Part shown: in pieces, positions 38,612 to 52,769 of the stretch | Layout: each line of letters starts with the position of its first letter | How positions within the stretch are numbered: the stretch's first letter is position 1 | Source of the DNA: Takakia lepidozioides | Lineage: Eukaryota; Plantae; Bryophyta | Assembly (NCBI GenBank): GCA_030704615.1 | Contig: CM060731.1 | Span: 71,238,001-71,302,000 of the forward strand | Reading direction: 5' to 3' | DNA length: 64,000 bases | Position numbers and translations under genes: made by a program | Notes under the pieces: generated by a model | What the model was told of the DNA's origin: nothing | Seen by the model: only the letters and a program-made list of their open reading frames with translations | Databases searched by the model: none

Positions 38612-41600
38612 TTAATCATCAGATTCAGGTACAGGATGATCTGTAGAAGCCGGCAAAAATGGCTCATATGTCAAGATGAAAGTAATTAAAGCGGTCAAAC
38701 CCAGGAAGAAGAAGACGATCTCATTTCCTGCAGACATAAAATGCCCATCAGTATCTAATGGTGCATTGCTTATTACTCCCTGCCTGTGTTTACACCATAT
38801 TCTCCTTCCTGTGTGTGCTGAGACTTATTAGCTACATACTTTGCTCTTCTATTTTTAGGTTTACTCTACTGTAACATGCAGAGAGGTTGAGCTCCTTCCT
38901 TCCGACTGGACATGAGAATCATGCAGAGACTGACTTTAGCTTTAGTTTACCAGCTGCAGTGTCCTAGTTATCCACCTGCCAAGAAAACTAAAAAGAAAGG
39001 TGCAAATGACAACGATCTTTTCATGTAAGGTGCTGAAGCACAGGTTTCAGCTGTGGCCAGTCCAATCTGCTGCTTTCATCAGCATAAAAGTTGGGTAACA
39101 ACTTCATGATGAGAGCAACAGCATTCTCATAACCCGTTGCTCAACCCTCTGCTGAATTCCATGAATCAAGAATCTTGGTGCGTACAGATTGCAAGCGGTT
39201 CAAAAGAATACCTGGCAGAATGTTTGTGTCTTGCCGACTTTGTGCCCAGGCAAAACTGCACACCCCAGACTTCCACTTTCATTACGCTTATACCTAGTCA
39301 CAACCTAGATTAGGTCTTCAAAGCAACTGAGCTCTCTCTCCCTCTCTCTCATCCCATAAGCTCTTTGGGCTTCTTGTGGACATAAAGTTTCTTTTTTACT
39401 TGAAGTGTCTCTTACTTGATGATTATGCTCTTCCAGGGCTGTAATACAGAGTAAGGAAGGATAAAACAAAAAGTTTGAGGTGAAGGAGATTAAGCTCACA
39501 GGGATCCGCCGCCTGCTGGTCCCAATGCTTTGAAAAAGGACACCAAACTCATGGACAGCCCATTGGCAGCCCCCTTTTGGTCCTGTGTCTGTTTGAAGGA
39601 AGGCAGCAGACAGATTTTTAGAATTCATTGAGGCTTAATTCTCTTGTGTAAGGTAGCAGTCCTGAATATGACTGTTCAAAGTCACAGTGGTGAGACTCGG
39701 GGGTGCACCAAACTTGCCACCAATCTTGGCAAGTACAGCTGAGACGCCGATGATGTTCCCAGTACATGAGAGCACAACACTCTTCTCTCATTATAAAGAA
39801 TCTTCGGTCAATAACCTCAGTAGCCTCAATAAACTAGTTCTTCAATCAACATATATATCCTCATGCTCCTTCACAAAGGCAATCAGTTGCACAGTTACAA
39901 GATACCCAGTTACAAAATATCTGAGGTCCTTTCACCAGGGGGCACACACATATTCCTATTTATGGCTGGCTAACTTACTGTGTAGAAATCATGAACCTAC
40001 TCTCATCTAGAACTTCAACCTAGTGCCGAATAAGAAAAGAAAGGCAAGAAAGGAATTTTAACATCCAGTGATTTACGGAGCAAGAAAGAAAGAAACCAAG
40101 AAACTATATGACATGGTAGAGTATGGAAAGAAAAATGCCCATAGAGCGAAAGAAAGAGAGGGAGAACATACCACTGCATTATTCAACAAAAGAAATGAGC
40201 CGGTGAGTGTCATCACCTGGTGTGCACAAGTGGAATACTGTCAGAGGGTTGTTCAACATGTTCCACAATCAGATCTTGCAAAGCTCCTTCAATCTCAAAT
40301 CTCTCTGAATGTAAACTAGCTAATGCCAATCTGGTGTATATTCATGTTCTTTGCTCCCCATTCTGTCTCAGGGAGTGGATGCTGAGATTTGTGCTGAGAA
40401 CAAGGATTCAGAGGCAGCAAGAGCAGTTAGACATGGCTGTCAGCTCCTAAGCCCACAACCCCTCACATATGCATGGGTTTGACAAGAAATATGGCAAGCA
40501 GCAAATGCTAATATTTAACATGAAATTTAATCAAAGAAAGGATTAAGAACCTTACAGAGAAAATGCATTTCAAAATCGATGCTAGACATAAGATCACCCA
40601 GAGCATTGCCCCATGAAGGCTTGGTATGAACGAGTATGCAGCTATCAATGGAACAGAAAGCCCCTGTACACAAGGAGGTATTAGAACTTGCAGGGCAGAG
40701 AGTAGGCAATGTAAGGCTGCCTCCTTTTGAAGTTTTACGTGGATTTTACCTGGACACGATCATAGTGACCTCTGTCCGTTTGTGCGTATTTGCGTATCTG
40801 CCTGTTTCTATGTTCTATCCTGCTTTCTTTTGTCCCATATACTCTTTGAGCTGTCCACCAACATCGCTCTTTTTTGTTTCTCTCCCTCCCCACCCAAGTG
40901 GACAATCTCAAGATTCTTTCTTTTTGACACATACATCCAGGTAATATCTTTCTTCTACAGAGTCCACAAACATTTAACAAATTTTCCGTGTGGGTTCAGT
41001 AAGGCATTACTGCTGCTATGCGTGTCACAAAAATAGGTCCAAAATAGTTCGTCACAGGCGCGAAGACCAGAAGCTGAAATAGCAGCATCCCAAAACCTTC
41101 CCAACAGCCCACACATCCCGTGCTTCGTTAGAATAACAGTGGTGACTGAATTGTGCCCAATAAGGGAAAAATCAAAGAGCAAAGTGATTTAATGCCTCTA
41201 GAAATTCCTGTGAGTCTCTGTCTTCATACTTAACCACACACAAGGCACTAACTTACGTGATATCCTCAATGGACAATGGTCACTGTTGTGACATAGGACC
41301 AGGTGCCTATTGTCCATGTACAGTACAAACAGACCAAGATATCAATGCTGTTGCACCAGTTCCTGCGACAGACAATGCCCCAAGCATCTGATAGAGGTCC
41401 CCAAAACAAGTGCTTGGCATGAAGATCCCACATGGAACGCATCAAAGGTAAAACCTCTAATGTCACAGTGGATAGGGCCAAGTTACTGCAATTCATGTTG
41501 ATGGCTTGCACAAATCCTTTCAATGCACTAAAATGTAGTTGCATAAAGAAAAGGTCTGCCTGTGAGAGCATGTACCGGATATAGCAAGTACTTGGCCAAC

Positions 41601-44600
41601 ATCAGTTGTTGTAAAGCTGAGCCCTCCAACTGAAGCTGGGCTGACGCACCACAATGAGAAAATCTGCATGATTAAAATCCAATAAGTTAGTTTGAACAGG
41701 TGCAGATTTCTGAATCTTAATCCCAGGTTGATGAGGCAGGCACTCGTTCGTAAAACATTGATGGATGCAAAGCCTCTACGCCCCCAAGCTTTTCCAGTTG
41801 GAGCCACAGCAAATATCCAGTTAGCTATCTCAATGTCCAAAATGGAGGCTGGAAAGTAGACAATGCTTTGGCTCATGGTTTGAGCTTGATCCTCAAGATG
41901 CTGCATTTGTTGCTGTGCTTGAAGCATTCTAGACAGATAATTTGTAATCCATTCAAAGACACTCGTTCTCTACCATTTTCAACCAAACTACAGAGTTTGC
42001 AGAGGAAACTCCAGCTGCCAGTTCCACAATGTACCCAGCATCAGAAAAACATGTTCAATGTGAAGGGAAGACCTCAGTGTATGCCATGTCATGAAGAGAC
42101 CAGATGCAGTAGACAGCTATGGCAGCCATAACAGGCCAGTTGGTCAGCAGGGACTTTTTCTTCTCCCGAAGTCGATGCTCATCTTCTGGTGGAGCCACAA
42201 TAGTCTCCTTCGTTTGTGATTCTGGACCACTGACTGTTAGCATTCTCTAAAGTTGGTCTGAAATACAAAAGTTGCTTAATAATATTGGCCCTTCATCTAA
42301 TATGTGCAGTGCAGTATATCATCTCAATGACCATTTCAAGGGACTGCCACACTGAAGTGGAGAATTCAAAACATCAAGCTGTGAAGTCTAACTGTTATCC
42401 ACAGCACTTCACAGAAAATGTGCTGTGAACAGAAGCAAGCCCTTACCACTTGAGTGTTCAAGCATATGTTTTGGGCGTATGTCTTGTGGTGCATCCACTT
42501 GGCCACTTTGTGTGTGATCTGAGCTCCAGGTAGTTTGTCCAGAAGAGTCACCAGTTGATTCAACTGATTTTGATCCCCTTCTCGACAGTGTCCGCTGAAG
42601 TCTATCAGACCTGTCGTTACAACTTCCAATAGGAGAACGCAGTGTGGGACAATCTATGCCTTCACAGACAGAAACCGTAAGCTGTCTTCGGGGTTCTCCA
42701 AGCGACTTGCTTCGTGGAAGCTGAGCTGTCGAGGGGGGTTGGCCATTAGACTCAATTTTATCGATCTCCTCTTTGAGCTCATCACTGTCGTGTTTGTGCA
42801 GTGTCTCCTGCAAATACTCTCCCATCAAGCAAATCAGTGGCATGGGGTATAATTAAATAAACGGATGACAAATCCTGAAAATTACAAGTAAGCACATACA
42901 TCTAACCATGCTGGAGGATGGGATGCGAAAGGCTGATATTGTGTACCTATGAAAGTTCGACAAAACTTCCATGAGATGAGACACATCTTTAGAGCAAATA
43001 GAACAGTCAAAGATTGGAGCACTCCATGATACCTTTGCAACCCCAAACCCATTTCTTAATTGAGCACAAAAAAGCACATACAGGGAGCTGGAAGCTGGTG
43101 ATCAAAACTCCAACGGCAAACACACCGTTGCAAAGTGATGGCAACAGATATGGAAATCTGGTAACCACAGAACCCATCCTTACAACGTCAGAAGATATAA
43201 GAACCTCGAGTTTCAAAATATTGCCCAAACTGTGCGAAAGAGGGAGGAATGCAATTTGATAATAATGAAACGAAAGCATGAACGGGACAGCTTACCGTGC
43301 AAACAAAGAGCCCTCAGGAAACAAAGTGGGGTACTTGATAGCAGGCTGCAATGTCACAAGCATACAGCACATATAAGCTGTCTTCTTGGCATCCTCATGT
43401 TTGTTTGTGCATAGCCATGAAGTGGATATTGTGGGCTATGTCCAAAGTCATCTGACATGACCACGATGCTTTTGCCATGCTATTCCTGAGTGCTTCTAGT
43501 GACTGTGCAACTAGCCTCATACTAACCCTAAATTGAAGACGCCCGTTTGTAGTTTACATAGTTGTCCATGTTTGGCAGGCCAATACCAGCTAAATCTTTA
43601 CATAGGGACTAGCATGGGATGACTTATGACTTTCATATCACTGTAGATCCAGGACCTGCACAGCAAATTCAATCACAATCCATTTCATACCTGAGAGAGA
43701 TATCCCCCTAGAACAGGACCAATGATTAGGCCAAGACCCCAGGTTGTGCCAACCTGCCATAAAAAACTTACAAAAGCCTTAGTAATCTATTCCTTGGCAG
43801 CTAAAGGATACCCATTTCCAAGTGAACTTGATTGTTTCAGACTAACTCTACTAAGATACGCCTTGCGACATACATTGGAATTCTGCACTGCCAGGACTGT
43901 TAAGGACATGGAGGTTGTTGGAAACTGCAGTTTGTGCCCTCTAGGTAAATCAGGATCATGCAGTCATCTCATACAATCACGGTTGCAAATCACCTAAAAC
44001 AATGAGATCAGCCGTCTAACAAAATCTCTAAAATATGGCTTTTTTCCGCTCAAACTGGGCGCGGGGTCAATGGCCACAAGGCTACGGCAAACAATGTCTT
44101 ATGAGTACATTCTAAAATATGGTTTTGACATGAGGTATGCACAGGTCCCTCTACCTAATTTTTCAATGCATTGAAGAGGGTTATCTATACACTCATGGGA
44201 GATGCACTTTGGATACATAGAAGATTGCACTTGGGTTTAGATGGGCCTCGGCATAGGAGACACACATGGAATTTCCAACCTATGCATAAGCAAAAGGATT
44301 AGTTTGAACACTAATTCAGATAATATGGGAGACAGTAAGATAGCAAGCAGAGACATGGGAGCACATACAATGGATGCACCAAGGGCTTGATGTTTTTCAC
44401 TGCAAATTTCTGTTGCATATGCCTGCGCGAATCCCGCAAAAGACGTAAATGCAAAAGACACATTTAGTTTGTACAGTCAGAAGCATCCCATTGATCGCAT
44501 GCAACGGGAAGCACATGGGATATTAATCCATCTTGAACAGTGACCATCATTGATAGCAAAAATCAGCTGATGTTATATTATATGGTATCGCTCTAGGGAT

Positions 44601-47126
44601 CGCTTCTACTGAGCACATAAGCTTTCACCTTGGCAGGCCCAAGCATGCCATTGAAGCCTCCAAGTAAGAATCGAGTAGACAGAGCCATCCAGAAGTTTAC
44701 ACTTGCTCCAAACAGGGTATGGAATACGATGCTGCAACACTCATTGCCCAGACCATTTGAAACACAATCAACTCATGTTTCCCAGATGTGTTGCAAGACC
44801 ACATCCGACCACTTTTAAGTAAGACCTCTCAATAGTTTTGGATCATAGGAGATTGAGCAAGGAAAAGCCACCCACCACCCTGACAAGATGCTCAAACAGG
44901 GCAGGAGTCAGGCATCCATTCATCACTACTATAGCAAATTGCAGGTTCAGAATCTAGACTTGACCTTGAGCTCTCAGTGACAAAACATGGATGTACTACC
45001 GCCTCATTGCCACGTGCCATTCTGAAGAAAACCATTTTGGAAACATCAAATCCTAAGAGCTGCACCTGGACGTGTCAATGCTATGATGCAGGAGCATCAT
45101 CTGAGAAAAGGATTTAGTTGTCAAATCGAAAGCCCAGAAGCTAGAATGCCTTATGAAGTAGCTTGACCTTGAAGCTTCAAATTCCTAACCCACAATCAAA
45201 GACAAGAAAAGGTCTTCACTGACACAGAGGCAACGCCTGCAATCATCACAGGCTTTCGCCCATATTTGTCTGCTGCAATGCCCCATGGCACAGAAGTCAA
45301 GCAACGCCCAATCATAAATGCCGCTCCTGCAATCAGGCAATCCTGTAAGTTTCGTTGCTGCTCTGTTGAGTTCTGAGACGGGACTGGTTGCATTAAGATA
45401 AATTGCATCATCCAGTCTAACCAGACCAGAGGAGTTTCACATGATTCCGATTATGACTTGGAACTCTTTTAGGGTGAAAATCGATACATAGCAACCATGA
45501 AATTTTATATGAGTGCTCCAAGTTGAGAATTCATTGGGGTTAACCTGAAGCACTAACTTGACTAACTGGCTCCCCAGGTTGTAAGAACCCATGTCACGAA
45601 CTGATATTAGTACCCTCTCTGCTATGTTTCATAATACGACACCAAAAAAGTAATTGTATTCATAGAGAAGGACAAAGAAAAGCAGCAAAGCTAGATTTTC
45701 ATACACTGCTTAATAACAACTTGAAAATAACCAGATCGGAGTGATTCATGGCCAGCCTCTTGTTAACTACTTACGAAGTATGCCATGACCTTAGAGAAGG
45801 AATTCTTAATACCTATAGCTCCAGCATAGAAGCCAATGTCACTGTCTGATTTGGCAATATGGAAATCTTGTACCTACATCATGACCAATGATACATCTGT
45901 TGTATACCAGGATGAGATCCGAAAGAAAACACTCTGAAGCATTTCTTGTCTATTTTGCTAACAAAGAAAGCAGAATAACACACACACACACCCTCTCTCT
46001 TCTTTCTTTTGGAGCTTCCCACGGACGATATAAAGGACCATTTCATTTCATGCTTGTGGAGGGCCCCTCTCTCTTTCTTGTTTCTTGCTTTCCATTATCC
46101 CATAAGCTCTTTGAGCTTTCCACAGCATTAGACATTATCATTCATTTCTCATGGGCCTCCCATGGATGGTGAAATTTCTTCCTTCTCTTCCTCTCTTTCT
46201 CTCTTTCCCTGAGGACCATACACACAACCTTTACTCTATTGCACATGATGAGGAGTAGAATGGTTCCCCCAAGCTTCATCCACTAACCTGAGACAATATT
46301 TATAGGAGAGACAATGAGAAGAAAGCCACAATGGAGACTTTGTCCATAACAGCTTGTCAAGTCTATCAAGTGAGGAAGTGCAGGACTTACCATGAAGTAG
46401 AGGAAAGGGTACAGAGATGAAATTGGCAATGCTGCCACATATATCAAGAAACATATCCACAAGCTGTTAAGAACCAATCTAACCTGACGAAAACTTCAGA
46501 CCTACAGGCAGCTAGTCACAGAACTTGACAAGAAACATACATTGCAGAATAGGTGTCCAAGAGGTTTCAACTACACACCGCCCTCCGTATTGGTTCCACA
46601 GTTTGGATTGTGGCCATAGACCTCACTCCTGGACGGGAGACAATTGGAGTGAGGGAGAGTAAAAGGGTTAAACGATCATGACAAAACTGAAACCTCGCTC
46701 CAGTACTGCGAACAAGCATGCATTATAGATTAACTGTTTTCGTAGACTTCTGAAGTTCTTCACCATAAGATCATCCGTGTCAGCTGTTGGTCAAACTGGT
46801 TGCAAAGAGTGAGTAGGAGGTCTATTAAAGACACGGTGTGAATGGGAGAAACTGAAACATCCTGTCCTAACGGATCATAACTCAAATAGAGAATGCTTCT
46901 AGAGAGAGAAGATACACAATACACAGATGCCAGTAAAAGGAAGTCCCAACTTCAACACTTGTGCGGGAGAGAGAGAGAGAGTACCGTTGCAGAGAATGAG
47001 AAGAGCCAAAAAAGTAAACTCTTTATAAGGAATGCCTGCATCTTTGCTTCGCAGATATGCATTCTTGCAGGCCGGGCAATTCGGATACACTTTCTTCTGC
47101 AATAGTGGATCCTCCAAGTCCGCCAT
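38612..47126 (-). CDS. ZIFL1: Zinc-induced facilitator-like MFS transporter; multi-exon
   Basis: Spliced peptide: [20 protein letters not shown] / [13 protein letters not shown] / DIGFYAG / [13 protein letters not shown] / RFLLGGFNG / AYATEIC / [17 protein letters not shown] / FPYLLP / [26 protein letters not shown] / [17 protein letters not shown] / FAWAQ / TYEPFL...DD-stop. Exact paralog uncertain. Confidence 0.93.
44043..44110 (+). mobile_element. ~67-bp LINE 3'-end insertion with TSD, in a ZIFL intron
   Basis: Reverse complement of the 23752 motif. Flanked by TCTAAAATATGG at 44027-44038 and 44111-44122. Confidence 0.88.
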
Positions 47127-48610
47127 TCCAAAACTCACTTGTGGCCTCCTTGTGTCATCAATTTGGCCTCCAAAAACTCCCAAAAGCCCTCCACACCTCA
47201 CACACACTCTCTATAGCGGACAGTGCAAATTTCCTTCTAGCATTCCTTCTCTCGTAGAGAACGATTACGCCCGCAACTATACGTCACAGGCAACGTCGGC
47301 ACGAAACGCTAGTGGACGTCATTTCCCCGGCGGCGCCAAACAATCTGAGCCTTGAGGGGGACCAGCCGGTGTCACGTGCATTAAGGGCAGCGTGGCGTTG
47401 GAAGGTCCCAGCGAGGCGGCGCAGATAGAGGACCAGTGTTAGAGGACCAGTGTTTTCTCCCCCAGAATATACCTGGAATATACTTCCTGACAGAAGATGG
47501 GAGGGGGAAGATATGACTGCTCCCGTCCGATTGGCTCTCGATCTGATTATTAAGCGCCGCCAGGGGGAAGGGTGGCAGTGTGCAGCCATGGCGATCCAAA
47601 GCGTCTTGTCTCTTCACCGCTCCGTCTCTCCATCGTTTTCGGCTGCCAGTTTCTGTAGTCCTGCATCATCTTTGCGGGATGTTGCAGGTGGCTTATTATA
47701 TGGAACCCTCAGCGAGAGTTGCGCGACGAGTCGGCTGAGTGGAAACGAAGTGCACAGACTGACATGATGTAGTCTCAAGTGTTTTGATGGTGAAGCGCTT
47801 GTCGCCTAGTTGCAATACTGAAAGGTTGTTGGTTGTGCCAGCTACGATCAACACGGAAGTCTTTCTGCCACATTAGGGAGGTCTTCTCTTCGGTGTAAGT
47901 GTGGACGAGTTCGCAAAAGGTATTAATTCTCCATTTTCTCCGAGAAGACATCACAAACACCCTACGTTTGTGAAATTCAGCCTTTGAAATCGGAAAGCTC
48001 TTCGACCAGTGTGGTTCAAGTTCAGGGACCTTCAAGAGCCTTGAGGTACTTACCGCCTGCTTCGGATTAAAGACTGTACTTGAAGACTTCAATTGGAAAA
48101 CAAAAGCCTGCAGTGCACAATTGTGATCATAACAACTGTTTGTATTTCATCATAATTACTGTCAACACCGGGAACCACCCCAACTACTCGGAATTGCTCA
48201 AAGAGAGGGCAGTACTGCTCCAAGCTGGAAGAAGGAACATTCGTAAGCATGAAGAATTTTGAGTTTTATTCCAAAATCGAGGGCTTCTCTTCTTGGGGCA
48301 TGGAGCAGGAACGTAGGTGAGAAGGGAATGGGGCGGACGCGGGGGCGTTGGTCAGATGAATGTATGGCCTTCGTTGCAGCATCGACACCAAAAATTGGCG
48401 GGGTACATTGTGCCAGTGGTCCTCCCTTTGTGGATACCTTCGGAACCTACTTGTAATTTACATAGCCTTGTTTCCGCGGTGTCGATGGGGCAGGTGTGAC
48501 AGTCACATCGTATTGTTCATCAACCCCAGTGATTGTGTAGTGCAAGAAAGCTCTCTAAATGTTTTTTGCTTGATCTGAACCTTCTTTTTGGACAAAACAG
48601 AGTGAAAAAC

Positions 48611-51600
48611 ATGTCCAAGAAGCCTTCAGAAAAAACGGGGGGTGGGTCTGGGGAGTCAGATGAACTTGAATTACTGAAAGCCAGATGCCTGGCAAAGGAT
48701 CTTGAGGTTTTCACGATAAAAGACAAGATGCATCATCTTGAGGAACGATCTCAGCTCATGGAGCAACACATGGAGCACGTTCACAACTCATCAGCAGAGA
48801 AAATTGAGAAAATGTCAGAGATTATCAACTACCTAACCAGGTATGTACACGGATCAAATTGTACACTTGAGAGAGGGGAGCCCGGGTTTATAGAGATTCA
48901 TCTCAGGGTACTTGCCACCCATGGTTGCCGGACAAAAGGTCCCGAATCAAGTGGTAATCTAATTCCCTGGAGAGCTTATCTATATTTCTATATATCATTT
49001 AAGTTGAACTACCACTAACCCTTGGCCACAACATGAACAAGTCTGTTGATGGTGAGGGCAGATTGATTTCTTGACAGTGGGGAAAATAAGATTTGCAAGC
49101 AGAAAATGTCAATGTTGGTCAACACGTATATGTTGAAACTTCTGCTTGTGTTGACCAACATTGTCAGAGCACTTTCAAATCTTATCTGAATCTTACTTTC
49201 TGCTTGCTCTGCTTGTGAGATGAACTGATAGAGCTCTGTTTGTCTTTTACAGTGAGGGCCACAGCAAAGATAAGAAATTCAAACAAGTAGAGACAGACTT
49301 AGTGAATGCACAGCAAGAATTGAAAGAAATGAAGGAGAATTTCGCCAAAAAGATGATGGACGCAACAAATGCTCATGAATTTTCCTTGCAAAGTATGCAG
49401 TTGCAATTGAATGCTGCCAGCACCAAGCTGAGGGAGATGCACGAGTTCGCTTTGAATAAAAAAGCCCTAGAAGAGGAGCTTGCAAGGTATCACTTCTTAA
49501 TTCTTAGTCTCTTTGCAAGCACTTTCCCAGGTCCATACACGAATATATGCAGTATCTTTCAATCTTCTGAAGTTCATATTCAAGTAACATTTTCAAGATA
49601 GATATGTTGTCAAACAAACTGTACGTAGACCTATCCGAAGGAAATCCATGGTTGTGAAGTGATTGAAGTGCACGGCCAACAACCCTTCATTCTATGCATT
49701 TGAGCACGGAGACTAAAGTAGCCATCCTGTTGGATATAGACTGAAAGAACGACTACTCAAGGAGGAGAGGGACCACGCAGAAGCGTATACTGATCTGGAA
49801 AGGAACTCAATTCTAGAAAAAGATCGGCTGAGAAAGGAGATACTCACTCGCGTAGAAGAAACCAGAAAGGAGATGAACAAAGTTATGGAGGAGCAGCTTC
49901 ATGAGGTACTTCATGATCTATTATCATGTTCTGGTTAGAAGAGCTTGCAAGCAATGATCTAGAACCCAAACGAAAAAGTAATGTGTGGTATCTTCACAGA
50001 TTACTTGCAATGCATAAACCGTGCAATTGGAAGTACGCAAGAGCGGTCAATCTTGCACAGCTTAAGAATGGTCAATCTTGTGTAGTAGATGCTAACACTA
50101 GTATCTGGGCAGACACTAAACTTGGTTCATTAGAAACACATAATGTCAATGGTGTACATAGTTATACAGTATAATTGCTGACCTCCTGAATGAGTATGGC
50201 ACAACTTCTCGAGCGGCATCAACTAACATTCAGCAATATTGAGTAGATAATCTAAGTTCCTTGGTTCGGTTTCTTTTGCAATGTATTGTCTAAATACTTG
50301 GTGGGATATCACAGACAACAAAGAAGACAATATTGGAGAATGAGAAGTTACGGACGGAGGTGGCATACCACACCCATCAGACAACCCTCCTCCTTCATGA
50401 GAATAGGAAACTGCTGGCAGAATTCACCGAAGCCAATCGCTCCCTTATCCTTGCCAAGGAGGTGAAATAAACCAAGTCAATTGCTCCCTTCACCTTTGTT
50501 TGCTCAAGGAATGGAAATTGAAACATGATCCCTAAACTTTACTAGGAAAATTTACATGCTGCAAGTGCTGCTGTCAATTCTTTCAGGCTGAGTGTACAAG
50601 AATAAGAATTTGTGGCATTCCTTTCAGATGACCTTGATGATACTGATACTCAAGAGTTGGGCATGGTGGGTTGAAAGCTGGAAGATGATTTGGCGCGGAG
50701 GAATCACCTGTACCAAAAGGCCACCCGCATTCTGGTCCATAAATTACGCGGTAAATCCCTGGCTTTATTATTAGTTTAGTTCCTTCTCCAGTGTTCTCTT
50801 TGAAGGCACGTGAAGTCAATTTGCCAATTCAAGTTCTTACTTTGTCTCTTGCACTGTCTCGCCTTCTTGGTTTGTCTAAAATTTAAGTTGGAGTCGGGAT
50901 ACTCTTACTAGCCCTCACTCCAGGAGTCTGTATGTAATATGCTCTTATTGGTGATCCTAGCAGAACATGATGGTTGGGGCTCCCGGGTTATATAAAATCT
51001 GAGAGTAAGGAAAGTATCATGTTGATCAAGAGATAGTATCTGTTGCAAGACTCAGTGTATTTAAATCTTTGACATGTCATCAATGTGTGCGCTGTTGTTG
51101 TGTGTTATGTTTGCAGAAAAGCAGCTTTCTAGTAGCCAACAAGAACGAAGGAAGGAGGAGAATAATGAAATTCAAGAGATTCTGATTCGCTCACAGCAGT
51201 TTAAAGCTGCAATCCCAGGCCACCACCAGGTCTACAGCAAAACAATGTATCTCTGTTTGATCTCTCTCAGTTTCTCACATGGGTTCGGCTATCCTACAGA
51301 ACTCGTATGAGTACATGTATGTATAATTGCCTCTTCCCTCTTGATCACTTGAGGTCCTACTTTGCCTGCAGGGTGAGGTTATGTGTTGTGAGGACAAGCA
51401 GGGCACCCGGTAGTGAATGGGTTGTAATCCATGGATCTTGCATTGTTTCTTTCGAAAATAAACGCATGCATTCATTTGCTGGAATTTTACCGGTCCTCCA
51501 TTTACAAATATGCAACATGTGATGCACATATTATCTTAACTAGTCGTTCAGGTTTCAATTCAGCAGTGCAGTTTGTTTCTGATGCTCAAGGAGACATCTA

Positions 51601-52769
51601 ACTTAGTAGAAAATAACCAGCATGCATGTTCTTGTGGATCATCCAGTCCCCATTCTTGCTACCACCAGCTTGTCACCCTAGGGCCTAAGCTCAAAAAAAT
51701 TCTTCTCCCTACCTTGTGGAAGCATAAGGGGTTACATGCAATATACTTAAAGCCCCTTCTTCTGGCAATCTCCTTGAATGATTTCAGTTTTAGAAACATC
51801 ACCTCACCTCATGCCTGAACTGTCTATAAATATTGTCCAAAATGTTGACTTAGTCGAAAACAGGCGGATTTAGTGACATATTCTTTTGGAATGTTCAGCT
51901 GAGAATAGAATGTCACCATGATCACTTGCTGCTTAGATGCAAACTGGCACGCAGATATTTTAGCATACACTTAATGTAAGTGCCCTGACTTCACGATCAA
52001 ATGATTGGTCTGCAAGCAGAAGGGCCCAGCTCATGCAAAAGAGAAGCCACGAGATGATGCGATTAAGTTTCTGTATGCATGTCTGGAAGACATAGAATTG
52101 GAAAGGATGACAAAAGCACCAGCCATGCCCAGGTGTGTGGAGTTCCGCAAAGTCAAAAGTGCTCACAAATTGGAGTTGTGTCGTGTGCACAGTGTTTTGA
52201 TTGTGTCGTCAATAGAAATTCACGTTCATGTCCTCTTTGAAATGGATTCTTGCTGGCCTGATTACTAGCATGTGCACATTTCTGAAGGGTCAGATGCACC
52301 ATAGCACAGGATCTTGCCTGCTAGCCGACATGGTAGCATATGACTAGGACCCAGATTATTACTAAATGTGGCACTGGCCACCTCCTTTTCAAGATGATGA
52401 TGATCCATTTATTTTTCACTGCAGCTCTGAGTTCAGCTCAAACATGATTCCTGAGCTGCCGCTTGACCAGTTCAACCTGGAACAGCGCCAAAATTTGCTG
52501 AAGTGAGTGCAAAATCCCAAGTAGAAAACCAGTGCAGGTTGCTTGTTCAAACACATGTTCGCCACATCCACTTGACCTAAGTTCAAATTGTGTCAGAAGA
52601 GTTTCATATACATAAGCTTGGCCATGAGAAAGCTAAAGTCTCCGCCTCCTGTTTGTGAACAGGAATTTGTTGCGTCTAGCAGTATCATTGCAATCAATGA
52701 CAGCCAACCTGGAGCGAGAAGCCCCCAGCCCATCACTGGCCTACTCTGCGGGGAGCCATGCAGATAAAG
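48611..52769 (+). CDS. CFAP157: Cilia- and flagella-associated protein 157 homolog (coiled coil); multi-exon, 3' end uncertain
   Basis: Spliced peptide EIINYLT / HEFALNKKALEEELAR / DLERNSILEKDRLRKEILTRVEET...EQLHE / TTKKTILENEKL resembles, from memory, the CFAP157 core LE+K..L+KDRLRKEI..RV...ETTKR.I.EN. Confidence 0.72.
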
